64,000 nucleotides of DNA from Nitrospirales bacterium (GTDB lineage Bacteria > Nitrospirota > Nitrospiria > Nitrospirales > UBA8639), in the NCBI GenBank assembly GCA_965223295.1, contig CBDCWC010000003.1, positions 1,056,001 through 1,120,000 of the forward strand. The letters run 5' to 3'. Below are positions 46,234 through 55,689 of the stretch, one piece after another; the stretch's first letter is position 1; each line of letters starts with the position of its first letter. Position numbers and translations under genes: made by a program. Under the pieces are notes generated by a model. The model had not been told where the DNA came from. It ran no database searches and saw only the letters and a list, made by a program, of their open reading frames with translations.

Positions 46234-46254
46234 TTTCCAACCACGTTCGTTGTC

Positions 46255-47067
46255 TTAGTCTGTTTTTTCAACTTCCATGTCATTTTCTTCGTCACTTGGG
46301 AGTTCTAGTGTTTCCTTTTCTCCTTCCTCACCAGTTGTCGTTTCGGTCTCTTGGGACTCTTCCGGAGCCAAAGCCTTCACTCGAAGATTTGCTTCGGTCG
46401 AAAAGGGAGAAAGAGGATATTCCTGTATGACTTGCTGATAACGTGTCACCGCCTCTTCCGTTTTTTCCTCAGATTCGCTCAATTTGGCCAATTCAAACAG
46501 TACCTGATCCTTATTCAACGCATGTGGATTGTTCAACACCGCATCGAATGCGCTCATGGCTTTTTCTCGACTCCCATTTAGTAAATGCGCCAACCCTAAT
46601 CGTTGTTGAACCAACCCCGCCAACACATGATCTTGGGAATGCATGTCAATGAGTGAAGTGTATGCCTCAATTGCACCTTGATAATCTTCTGCTTCTAGCA
46701 AACTGTTGCCTAACAGAAAAGACGAAACTTTTGCACTGGAGGTTCCAGGAAATTGCTCAAGAATCTTTTGAAACGTTGCTGATGCCTGTTGGACGTTAGC
46801 TTTCCCTTTTTCGACATCGTCAAGCGGACGATCCAAATACATCTGCTGAGCTTTTGCTTGTAAGGCCCAAGCTTCTTCTTGCTTTTGTTGAGTCACCCAA
46901 TTCAATGCGAGGAGCCCACCAATTAACACTACGACCAGGAGAATTCCGCCCCACACTAACCCGCGATGTTCCTCAACAAAAAACAAAAATTGCTCTTTGC
47001 TGGATAAAACGGCAACTGGTTCAGCGGGAGCCGATTTCCCAGAGTGATCTTTTATTTTATAACTCAT
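46255..47067 (-). CDS. Membrane-anchored TPR protein (YfgM-like)
   Basis: GGAG RBS before MSYKIK (47067); one TM, TPRs, acidic tail. Confidence 0.78.
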   Translation of the reverse strand: MSYKIKDHSGKSAPAEPVAVLSSKEQFLFFVEEHRGLVWGGILLVVVLIGGLLALNWVTQQKQEEAWALQAKAQQMYLDRPLDDVEKGKANVQQASATFQKILEQFPGTSSAKVSSFLLGNSLLEAEDYQGAIEAYTSLIDMHSQDHVLAGLVQQRLGLAHLLNGSREKAMSAFDAVLNNPHALNKDQVLFELAKLSESEEKTEEAVTRYQQVIQEYPLSPFSTEANLRVKALAPEESQETETTTGEEGEKETLELPSDEENDMEVEKTD

Positions 47068-47212
47068 CGCGTGGTCATCCTCTCCGCAGAATACCGGATC
47101 TGCTGCATTTTTTTTATTTAGGGATCTCTCCCATCTCACAAAAAGACAGATGGTGCCTTATACTCACGTCATGAAGCCATGTCAAACCGTATTCCACACT
47201 ATTTTGATCAAG

Positions 47213-47240
47213 TTGACAAGGCCTAACTCCCTGTTATAAT
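47213..47240 (+). promoter_or_regulatory. Consensus sigma70 promoter of the tRNA pair
   Basis: TTGACA-N16-TATAAT with extended -10 TG. Confidence 0.8.
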
Positions 47241-47268
47241 GAGGAAATTGTTGATTTGTAAGAATTTT

Positions 47269-47344
47269 AGGCGGATAGCTCAATTGGCAGAGCACTGCTT
47301 TTACACGGCAGAGGTCACAGGTTCGATCCCTGTTCCGCCTACCA
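47269..47344 (+). tRNA. tRNA-Val(TAC)
   Basis: Acceptor AGGCGGA/TCCGCCT, anticodon loop TTTACAC, GTTCGA T-loop, encoded CCA. Confidence 0.97.
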
Positions 47345-47456
47345 ATTTTTTTTGGCATAACACCAGTATACTCTGATATACTCGTTAGCCTACATCATAC
47401 TCAACTCCCCTTGTGGAAGAACTTCGTGGGCTGTTTGCCCAAAACCAGAATAGTAC

Positions 47457-47534
47457 GGGGCCGTCGTTCAGCCAGGTTAGGACGCCAGATTGTCAATCTG
47501 GAAGTCGCGGGTTCAAATCCCGTCGGCCCCGCCA
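47457..47534 (+). tRNA. tRNA-Asp(GTC)
   Basis: Acceptor GGGGCCG/CGGCCCC, anticodon arm CCAGA-TTGTCAA-TCTGG, GTTCAA T-loop, encoded CCA. Confidence 0.97.
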
Positions 47535-47618
47535 CTTCATTTCACCTTGATTTGTTCTGAATGAGCCATTCCCCGTGTTGCTCTCTTCTAATAGCCTGCT
47601 GGAGGTGTAAAATAAGAT

Positions 47619-48335
47619 ATGCCATTTGCAAGCCCTTCTGAGCTTTTAGGATCCCTCGGATTATTGTCAATTGTTATTCTGTTGATTCTGTCAGTGTTTT
47701 CAATCATTTCCTGGGGAATCATCGTGAATAAATTCCGACAGTTTCGGAAAATCAATCAGGAGGAAGCACAATTTCTCCAACTATATGAAAAGAACCCCGT
47801 TGATCAGCTGGCACTAAGAACTAAAGCCCAGACATATCCGCTCAGCCCTAGTGCAGCCGTGTACCTCAGTGTGACGGACCGGCTTCCCTCATGCTCCTAT
47901 CTTTTCTCCTCTCGAGAGGAGATTGAGAACTCAGGCTCTGAAAAAATTCCCAATCGTCATTACTTGGAAAAAGTCACCCAATACATTATTCAGAATCAAA
48001 TTACCCATCAAGAAGCCTATTTACCCTTTCTGGCAACCACCGGAAATTTGACGCCATTTATTGGGCTCCTTGGAACCGTGTTAGGGATTATTAACGCGTT
48101 TGGAGAGATTGGAGTACAAGGGTCGGCCAGTATTGCGGCTGTCGCCCCCGGTGTTTCTGAAGCGCTCGTTGCGACTGCTGCCGGTCTCTTTGCCGCCATT
48201 CCGGCTGTGATGGCGTTTAACTTTTTTCTTTCCAAAATCAGGAAAATGGCTTTTAGCGTTGAAGCCTTCACCATTGAGTTTCTGAATGCTCTTGAAGAGT
48301 CGGAAGTATCACATGAAGTGGAAGTGGCTAAATGA
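47619..48335 (+). CDS. tolQ: TolQ (MotA/TolQ/ExbB)
   Basis: [34 protein letters not shown]; first gene of the tol-pal cluster. Confidence 0.92.
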   Translation: MPFASPSELLGSLGLLSIVILLILSVFSIISWGIIVNKFRQFRKINQEEAQFLQLYEKNPVDQLALRTKAQTYPLSPSAAVYLSVTDRLPSCSYLFSSREEIENSGSEKIPNRHYLEKVTQYIIQNQITHQEAYLPFLATTGNLTPFIGLLGTVLGIINAFGEIGVQGSASIAAVAPGVSEALVATAAGLFAAIPAVMAFNFFLSKIRKMAFSVEAFTIEFLNALEESEVSHEVEVAK

Positions 48336-48769
48336 CGAGTGGGTCTCGTCCAAGACAATTTCTGTCTGAAATCAATGTCATTCCCCTCGTCGATGTCGTC
48401 CTTGTGCTGCTTGTGATCTTTATGGTCACGGCTCCCATGTTACATCGGGGGTTGGACATCAATTTACCAACTTCTGCCGCCAATAATATCAAGGCAGAAG
48501 AACGGCTGGTTGTCACCATACAGAAAGACCATAGTTTGTCCCTAGGGAATGATCCCATCAGCCTGATTGACCTCAGAGCAAAGTTGCAGGCAGCCAAAAC
48601 TTCTAATCCCCTTATCTCGGTGTACCTACGGGCCGACCAATCCGTGCCCTACGGCACGGTTGTCCAAATCATGGATGAAGTGAAGGGGGCGAAAATTGAA
48701 CGGCTGGGAATGGTGACAGGGCCAAAAGTTGAAACGATTGAAGCCGATGCGATCGGAGTCACCCCTTAA
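48332..48769 (+). CDS. tolR: TolR (ExbD/TolR)
   Basis: [34 protein letters not shown]. Confidence 0.92.
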   Translation: MTSGSRPRQFLSEINVIPLVDVVLVLLVIFMVTAPMLHRGLDINLPTSAANNIKAEERLVVTIQKDHSLSLGNDPISLIDLRAKLQAAKTSNPLISVYLRADQSVPYGTVVQIMDEVKGAKIERLGMVTGPKVETIEADAIGVTP

Positions 48770-48780
48770 CATTCCGTTAC

Positions 48781-50334
48781 ATGGAACATGCTGCACCCTC
48801 AAGCCTTATTTCTTTTGGGCTCACGGCTGACACCTCTTCAGAACGATCATCATTTCGTAGTGGTCTTCTTTTTTCTTGCCTTCTGCATGCCCTCATCATT
48901 GTCATCGCCATGTTCGTAAGATTTCAATCAGAGAGCGAGCAACCCCTTCGAGCTATTGATGTCGCGTTGATTTCACTGCCAGCGCAGACCCCAGCGCCAC
49001 CAAGTCCAAAACCGGCTGTCAGTCCGAAGACAAAGCCTTCTCCTAAACCAACTCCTGCGCCTGTGAAAAAAGCCGTGAAGGCTCAACCGACTCCTAAAAA
49101 AGTTGTCCCACCTGCACCGAAACCGATCACTCCACCAGCCGTTGCTCCCCCTGTTGAAGACATCCTTCCTCCATTACCAACCGAGACGGCTTCTGAGCAA
49201 TTGTCTGAATCGTTAAGTGGAGCGATTAAATCCATCGTGGTGCCTCAAAAACGAGAAACACCGGCCTCAAGTGCTCCCCCTTCACAACCAGACAGTCCGC
49301 CCACTGACGAGCAGACCCCTTTAATAGATAAACTGCAATTACCTTCTGCTCCACCTACAATCGCGCGTCCCCAGCGGTTACAGCGGGGAGAGTCTGTGCC
49401 AATTCCTTCAGTACCTGAGACAGCATCGCCGAAAGTGACACAAGAGCCAGCGGCCCCTCCGAAACCCGAACCAAAACAATCTGCTGTCCCAGTATCGAAA
49501 GTTGAGCAAACAGTGAAACCTGCACCTGCTCCGCCATCCTTGCGCGAAGTGACGCCCTTTCAGAAGCCAAAACAACCACCAACACCTGCGAACAATTCCC
49601 CGGCTCCCAAGATAAAAGACTCATTGAAACGTAGTCTTCCCGACATTCCCCTCGCAACTCCAGCGAATAAGATTCCGAAGGTTTCTCGGAAACGCCCATC
49701 ACCTCAGCAAAAGCCTGCATCGTCAATCCCACAGGTCTCCGCTCCTCAAATGGCGAAAATTCCCGATCCCAAACCATCAAAACCTATCGAGCCAGCAGTA
49801 CCTAAAATGTCGGAGACGGTTAAAAAATTGATGGAAGGGCTTAAAACTCCCAGGCGTACGCTAACACCCAGAGAGACTCCAACGAAATCTTCTACGCCAA
49901 CTATCCCAGCCACCAAGCCACCTCCATCAGCCATCGATCAGAGAATTGCGAAATTGTCTATACCCGAGGTGGCCCCAGTGGAGTCGATCAAGCAACGACT
50001 GCAACTGTTGGACAGGCAAGCCACTGGCAGCGCCGGTGGTGCTGCGTCTAAACCCTCACCAGGGAAAAATCGGTATTTGGCGATGGTGGAAGATACGATT
50101 GACCGCCAGTGGGTAGCCCCTCCTTTAGTGGCCAGTACCCCCGTGGTGGTCTTGAAATTTCGTATTTCCCGATCAGGCGACATTTCACGTATTCATATTA
50201 CGGAAAGCTCGGGACATGCTCACTATGACTCCGCAGCCCAACGTGCCGTTCAAGCGGTCAATCCCTTGCCACCATTCCCCTCGGAGATTACGGATTCATT
50301 CTTTGATGTTCAGTATCGATTTATTAAAGATTAA
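48781..50334 (+). CDS. tolA: TolA/TonB-family energy transducer with very long Pro-rich linker
   Basis: TM with SCLLH motif, Pro/Lys-rich linker, C-terminal SSG...YDSAAQRAV...PLPPFP; located between tolR and tolB. Confidence 0.82.
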   Translation: MEHAAPSSLISFGLTADTSSERSSFRSGLLFSCLLHALIIVIAMFVRFQSESEQPLRAIDVALISLPAQTPAPPSPKPAVSPKTKPSPKPTPAPVKKAVKAQPTPKKVVPPAPKPITPPAVAPPVEDILPPLPTETASEQLSESLSGAIKSIVVPQKRETPASSAPPSQPDSPPTDEQTPLIDKLQLPSAPPTIARPQRLQRGESVPIPSVPETASPKVTQEPAAPPKPEPKQSAVPVSKVEQTVKPAPAPPSLREVTPFQKPKQPPTPANNSPAPKIKDSLKRSLPDIPLATPANKIPKVSRKRPSPQQKPASSIPQVSAPQMAKIPDPKPSKPIEPAVPKMSETVKKLMEGLKTPRRTLTPRETPTKSSTPTIPATKPPPSAIDQRIAKLSIPEVAPVESIKQRLQLLDRQATGSAGGAASKPSPGKNRYLAMVEDTIDRQWVAPPLVASTPVVVLKFRISRSGDISRIHITESSGHAHYDSAAQRAVQAVNPLPPFPSEITDSFFDVQYRFIKD

Positions 50335-50352
50335 AAGGACCTAGTCTGTATC

Positions 50353-51711
50353 ATGAAAATTTTTCTCTATCGACCTCGTCATTTTCTTCTTTGTGTGCTT
50401 TTGTTGTTCACCTTCATGATTCCGTCGTTGATTTTTGGAGAAGACGCGATCCTCGAAGCCACCCGTTCAGAATTTCAAAAGATTCCTATCTGGGTCATGG
50501 AATTTTCATCCGTAGAACAGGACGACTCCATGTCTAAGCAGACTGATACACAAGTACGATCGATACTAAAACAAGACTTAGTTCGTTCTCAGGTTTTTAC
50601 TCTCGCTGATTTGCCGACCAAAAAAGGTGGATTTTCTGAGAATAAATGCGTGAGTCTCTCTCCAAGCTTAGGAACGCATTACCAACAAGTCACGGTGTCA
50701 ACGTGGGGCAGAATGGGTCTTGGCGGAACCTCAACCGGTGTCAAAGGATTGATCTTTGATGCCTGCGCCTTTGATCTCGGCCACCAAGATATTTTAACGG
50801 GGAAGCGGTATTTTTCTCTCAAATCCACAGATGCCCTCATTCGACTCATGGCTCATCGATGGGCCGACGAGTTGGTCTACCGATACACAGGAGAACAAGG
50901 TATTGCCAGAACTAAAATTGCCTTTGTGGGAGAGAAGGAAAACGGGCGAGAGTTGTTCGTAATGGATTATGACGGATATGACCCACAGCAGGTCACGGCG
51001 GATGGCTATCTCAATCTTATGCCAACCTGGTCACCAGACCGCAAGTCCCTCATCTACACAGCCTATCGAGATCGAAAACAACAAATCATGCGACGTGAGC
51101 TCTCAACAGGCCGGGAGGAGGTGCTCGTCTCGCCAGCCAGTTTGAACATCACGGCAACCTTCTCCCCAAATGGCCAATCGATTACTTATGCCTCGGCTCA
51201 AGAGGGCAATTCAGACATCTACCAGGTAGAATTGGACAGTAGAACTTCCCAGCAGTTAACCTCTCATCATAGTGCAGATTTGTCCCCGTCTTGGTCGCCG
51301 GACGGGCGGCATCTGGCCTTCACATCGGATCGGGGAGGCCGTCCCCAAATTTATGTCATGGATGCGGAAGGCTCTAACGTCCGACGACTTACGTATGACG
51401 GAGACTACAACGCAGCTCCTGCATGGTCTCCAAAAGGGGATTGGATTGTCTATGTCTGCCGTATACCGGGTGAAGGATTTAAACTCTGCCGGATCAGCCC
51501 AGATGGGAAGCAACGAAACCAAATTACCAAAGGGAATAGTATTGACGATTCTCCGTCATGGGCCCCCAATGGGCGTCATCTCGTTTTCAGTTCTATTCGA
51601 AGAGGAGAAAGCCAAATCTTCATTATTACAAGCGAAGGAGCCGGATTAGAAAAAATTTCCTCGGTGGGCGCACACCTTAGTTCGCCATCCTGGTCGCCGT
51701 TTCAACCTTAA
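50353..51711 (+). CDS. tolB: TolB beta-propeller protein
   Basis: AHRWADE...TGEQG, TKIAFV, MDYDG, repeated PxWSPDG (PD40) motifs. Confidence 0.92.
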   Translation: MKIFLYRPRHFLLCVLLLFTFMIPSLIFGEDAILEATRSEFQKIPIWVMEFSSVEQDDSMSKQTDTQVRSILKQDLVRSQVFTLADLPTKKGGFSENKCVSLSPSLGTHYQQVTVSTWGRMGLGGTSTGVKGLIFDACAFDLGHQDILTGKRYFSLKSTDALIRLMAHRWADELVYRYTGEQGIARTKIAFVGEKENGRELFVMDYDGYDPQQVTADGYLNLMPTWSPDRKSLIYTAYRDRKQQIMRRELSTGREEVLVSPASLNITATFSPNGQSITYASAQEGNSDIYQVELDSRTSQQLTSHHSADLSPSWSPDGRHLAFTSDRGGRPQIYVMDAEGSNVRRLTYDGDYNAAPAWSPKGDWIVYVCRIPGEGFKLCRISPDGKQRNQITKGNSIDDSPSWAPNGRHLVFSSIRRGESQIFIITSEGAGLEKISSVGAHLSSPSWSPFQP

Positions 51712-51753
51712 ACAATGAGAGCCTCTGTGATATTTCAGCAAAGGAGTCGCCGT

Positions 51754-52767
51754 ATGCACCAGAACATTCGTGTACGTTCACTACTAGGAATTTTCAGTCT
51801 TGTCTTCGTAATGCTCACGGGATGCGGAGAGAAACGGGTTCATGTCTCCACGGCCTCCGGAGCCCCTGGCGAAGACATGGCCTTGAATGGAATGACTGAT
51901 GACTTGGCTGACCAAGCAACATCTGGCTTAAACACTGCCGGAATTGACGAATCAGCCCTGTCGTCCCAAGTTCCCGATGGTGAGACTACTAACACAGACA
52001 CAACCGCCTCTTCTATTGGGAATGAACCTCTCAATATGGCGCATGCCCCTGCACACTTTTCTCCACAGGATCATTCTTCAGACTCTTCAGACGCCTCCCT
52101 GGCAGATGAGTTGGCCAATGCCGGAGGTTCAGAAAATGATAGTTCGTCTCCCTCGATGTCGAAGGGGAAGGGTTTCTCAACACAATCCAGTTCATTTCCG
52201 GGAGATCAAGCGAACCAATCATCAGAAAATAGCGGCGAATTTCAGAATTCAGCGAACTCTGAACCTTTAGATACCGGGGTTTCTCAAGATTCCCTGGCCG
52301 GGCTAGAGGATATTCTCTCGGGAGAAAACCTAGAATCGATACCCGACACATTGCAAATCGCCAAGGTCGAGCCTTCTAGTGGGTTGGAAGACCGGATGAA
52401 TCAAATTAATGAAGAAGAACTTGAAGCCGCAAAGGCAGGTCTAGAAGATGTCTTTTTCAAATTTGATAGTTGGACCCTTACCCAGGAAGGCAAGGAATCA
52501 CTCCAACGGACGCTTGGGTGGTTCAAGCAGGAACCTGACTCCACGCTCATTATCGAGGGCCATGCAGACCAACGAGGAACACAAGCGTATAATATGGTGT
52601 TGGCCAAAAAACGTGCGGTCGCGGTCCAAGACTATCTGTCACAATTAGGTGTTGACGGATCTCGTATGTCTGTCATCTCCTATGGAAAAGATAAACCATT
52701 CTGCCAGGATTCTACAGAAGTCTGCCATCAACTCAACCGTCGGGGGCATCTTCTGGTCGCAAATTAG
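51754..52767 (+). CDS. pal: Pal (OmpA-like peptidoglycan-binding lipoprotein) with ~200-aa disordered linker
   Basis: Lipobox LTGC; C-terminal DVFFKFDS, IEGHADQRGT..YN..LA..RA, SYGK..P, NRR; AGGAG RBS before MHQN. Confidence 0.88.
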   Translation: MHQNIRVRSLLGIFSLVFVMLTGCGEKRVHVSTASGAPGEDMALNGMTDDLADQATSGLNTAGIDESALSSQVPDGETTNTDTTASSIGNEPLNMAHAPAHFSPQDHSSDSSDASLADELANAGGSENDSSSPSMSKGKGFSTQSSSFPGDQANQSSENSGEFQNSANSEPLDTGVSQDSLAGLEDILSGENLESIPDTLQIAKVEPSSGLEDRMNQINEEELEAAKAGLEDVFFKFDSWTLTQEGKESLQRTLGWFKQEPDSTLIIEGHADQRGTQAYNMVLAKKRAVAVQDYLSQLGVDGSRMSVISYGKDKPFCQDSTEVCHQLNRRGHLLVAN

Positions 52768-52820
52768 GACACCTTGAATCTTGGCTTTCACACTTTCAAT
52801 CATGGAGGATCAGATACACA

Positions 52821-54614
52821 GTGATACCTGGAGGGATTGCTAAGGCTCTTGTTAAAGGAATGCTGCTTGTTGGCTTGTTTGGCGGGCTGGAGATCGGTTG
52901 TGTGGCACAACAAGCCGATGTTGCGAGAATCCAAAAGGATTTGGAACAACAGATTAGCCAACTGAAATCAGAAAAAGTTGCATTGGGCCAAGAAGTTCTT
53001 GAAGCACGGTCAGCGATTGCCGACTCTAAAAAATTGATAGATGTTCAAAAAGCCGACATGAATAAGATGCGCAGAGACCTGGCCCCCCTGAATCAACAAA
53101 TCAAACTTCTGCGGGAGCAGGATTTAACCACCTTGTACGGTCAAGTTGAAGTGACAGAGAAGAGAGTTTCAGATCTTCGCCGGGATTTCGACAGTCAGAA
53201 AGAAAAACTTGGTGCTGAAATCCAAGCGCTTCAAAAGACGACACAGGCTCAAGGAGAACAGCAACAGCAAAGCCAAGCTCAGGCAGATGTGTTTGCCCAA
53301 CAAGTTGATGAAAAGAATCAGGCCTTAACAGAAAAAATGACCGAATTTCAAACAGCATTCGGTGAATTCAAAGAATCATTGCTGAGTCTAGGAAACGATA
53401 TTAGTCAAGCGCAAACCAATATTGGCAGTCTTCAAACTGATGTGGTCACCCAAGGTCAAACTCTGAGCTCTCTGCAAACTGATTCAGGAAATCTTGAGCA
53501 ATCATTGAATCAGGTGAAGCAAGCCTTAGAACAATCGGGGACGGCTTTCGGAAGCCAAATTGAACAACAAGCTGATCAATTCACGGCCTTGCAAAAGCAA
53601 GTGAACGCTCTCCAGGACAAGTTGAACGCCGATACTCAGGCTCTGCGGACCTTCCTGGAACAAGATGTCAAAACAGCCATGGATCAAGTGGTTGTCGACA
53701 TGGAGGCCAGACAAATTCCGATGGACCAAAAGATTACTGACCTACAATCTGATATAGAAGCATTAGGTAGCCACGTTCAAGCTGAGGCTACACAGGTCCA
53801 GGAACTTTCGCGGACTGTGGTCAAGCTTCGAGAAGCACAAGAAGTCATGGGGAGTTTGCTGGGCCAACGCGGTGATGAGATCATTCAACAAGCGGGGCGT
53901 TTATCAGAACGAATAAATTCTGTGGAAGCTCACCAAGCCAGTTTGACGGAACAACTTCAATCCAATACCAACACAACGTCAACCCATTTGACCGACGTGA
54001 ATGCTACGCTAACGTCACTTTCTCAAAGTCTTGATCAAACCACACAATCGCTTTCCGAGCGGCTCTCACAACAAGAACAAACCGTGGCTAGCCTTAATCA
54101 ATCTATTCAGGACTTTCAGCAACTGAAAAGTGAAACGCAGGGTCAAATTCAAGAAATGCAAGCCATTACCCAGGTCTCAAAGCAGATTCGCCAGAATGTC
54201 GAACAACTAGGGAAACGTATGCAAGATTTGGAAATCCACCAAGCAAACCTTGTTGGGAAACTTGACTCTGATGCGCAGTTGACCACAACCCATCTTCAAG
54301 ACGTGAATAAGGGCATCAAATCAGTTGCGGAGGCTTTGGAGAATGTCAGCGAAAAATTGAATTCACGAATCGCAAATCAGGAACGGCAACTCAATAGAGC
54401 CGTTACCAAATTCCAAAGCGTGCCGAATGCTGCAGAGCTTTCCCGATCCAATGCCCAACACTTGAATGATTTAAGCGGAACCATGAATCAACTGCAGGAA
54501 GTCATCACCACAATTGGAACCAAGTTGGGAGAACGGGTGGACGAACACGAGGGTCGCTTGGGTCAATTGGCCCAACGGGTTAATCAATTGCAGGGGGCAA
54601 AAGCAAAAAAATAA
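52821..54614 (+). CDS. Long coiled-coil lipoprotein in the tol-pal operon
   Basis: GGAGG RBS; lipobox-like EIGC; Q/E/L-rich heptads for about 570 aa; ends AKAKK. Confidence 0.8.
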   Translation: MIPGGIAKALVKGMLLVGLFGGLEIGCVAQQADVARIQKDLEQQISQLKSEKVALGQEVLEARSAIADSKKLIDVQKADMNKMRRDLAPLNQQIKLLREQDLTTLYGQVEVTEKRVSDLRRDFDSQKEKLGAEIQALQKTTQAQGEQQQQSQAQADVFAQQVDEKNQALTEKMTEFQTAFGEFKESLLSLGNDISQAQTNIGSLQTDVVTQGQTLSSLQTDSGNLEQSLNQVKQALEQSGTAFGSQIEQQADQFTALQKQVNALQDKLNADTQALRTFLEQDVKTAMDQVVVDMEARQIPMDQKITDLQSDIEALGSHVQAEATQVQELSRTVVKLREAQEVMGSLLGQRGDEIIQQAGRLSERINSVEAHQASLTEQLQSNTNTTSTHLTDVNATLTSLSQSLDQTTQSLSERLSQQEQTVASLNQSIQDFQQLKSETQGQIQEMQAITQVSKQIRQNVEQLGKRMQDLEIHQANLVGKLDSDAQLTTTHLQDVNKGIKSVAEALENVSEKLNSRIANQERQLNRAVTKFQSVPNAAELSRSNAQHLNDLSGTMNQLQEVITTIGTKLGERVDEHEGRLGQLAQRVNQLQGAKAKK

Positions 54615-54735
54615 TATAATGCCTCAAAATAGCCCATTATTAAAGCCAATTTGTAGCAATCAGGCCTTTTATCCATATGGATCACTTGGTAGAATATTTG
54701 TGGAACATTCCTTTTTCTCATGATGTATTCATGAA

Positions 54736-55635
54736 ATGTATAGAATTATGACGCGGTCAATTCTCTGGGTTTCATCCTTGTCTCTTCTCCTCGTGGGAGG
54801 AGGCTGCGCCACAGAACCTAATTTGGCAGATTTGAAGAAACAGGTTCAGGCCCTGACACTTCAGCAAGAAGCTGCTCAGCAGGAAGAAAAGCAGGCCCGC
54901 GACCGTCTCTCGGCTATAGAATCCCAATTGGATGAACATGACTTTTTGGTTGGAGAGTTAATCAAGACTGAAGAAGAAGCCAATTTAGACACTCGGCACT
55001 TGTTGGAGAAACTCGAACGAACGAGCACCATGTTGAGAGAGCAAATTGAGCAAACCCGTTCTTCCACAAAACGACGGGACCAAGATTTATCCATTCGAGT
55101 GAAAGCCATAGAGGCACGAATTGATAACATTTTACATCGTCCGCGTCCTGGAGCATCGCAAATTAAGACTCCTGAACCTGTACAAAATGGTCAGAAGACT
55201 CCATCCACCGTTCCATTGACTCAACCTCGATCCACTTCGGAAGACTCTCAAATGGAGAATGAAGCCTCGGCATTTCGATCGGCCTACAAAGTCTACTTGA
55301 ATGGGAACTATGACCGAGCCTCAAGCGAATTCCAACGATTCGTCAAGCACTATCCATCAACAGCGCTGACCCCGCAAGCATTTTATTATCTTGGGCAATC
55401 CCTCTACGTTCAGAAACATTATGATCCTGCACAAGAAGCGCTCCAGCATGTTGTCACCGACTTTCCCAATACCAAATACCGTAGCCAGGCACTCTATAAG
55501 CTTGGGCAAATCATGTTCGAAACCGATCAACGGTCTAAAGCGCAGGACCTGTGGAACCAAGTGATTCGGGATTATCCAGATTCCCCTGAAGCCAGTACAG
55601 CCAAGGAGCAACTACAAAAAGCGGACTTATCCTGA
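54736..55635 (+). CDS. cpoB: CpoB (YbgF) tol-pal protein
   Basis: Lipobox GGC, coiled coil, then three TPRs (FVKHYP, AFYYLG, ALYKLG, YPDSPEA). Confidence 0.85.
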   Translation: MYRIMTRSILWVSSLSLLLVGGGCATEPNLADLKKQVQALTLQQEAAQQEEKQARDRLSAIESQLDEHDFLVGELIKTEEEANLDTRHLLEKLERTSTMLREQIEQTRSSTKRRDQDLSIRVKAIEARIDNILHRPRPGASQIKTPEPVQNGQKTPSTVPLTQPRSTSEDSQMENEASAFRSAYKVYLNGNYDRASSEFQRFVKHYPSTALTPQAFYYLGQSLYVQKHYDPAQEALQHVVTDFPNTKYRSQALYKLGQIMFETDQRSKAQDLWNQVIRDYPDSPEASTAKEQLQKADLS

Positions 55636-55689
55636 TTCACGCCACCCTTTCCTCTCGTCGATTTCCCAAACTCCTTGTAAATTCATCCC

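Noticed and set aside
47269-47534. tRNA genes as an island or prophage integration site
   Set aside because: No integrase, no duplicated tRNA 3' end seen, and both flanks are housekeeping genes
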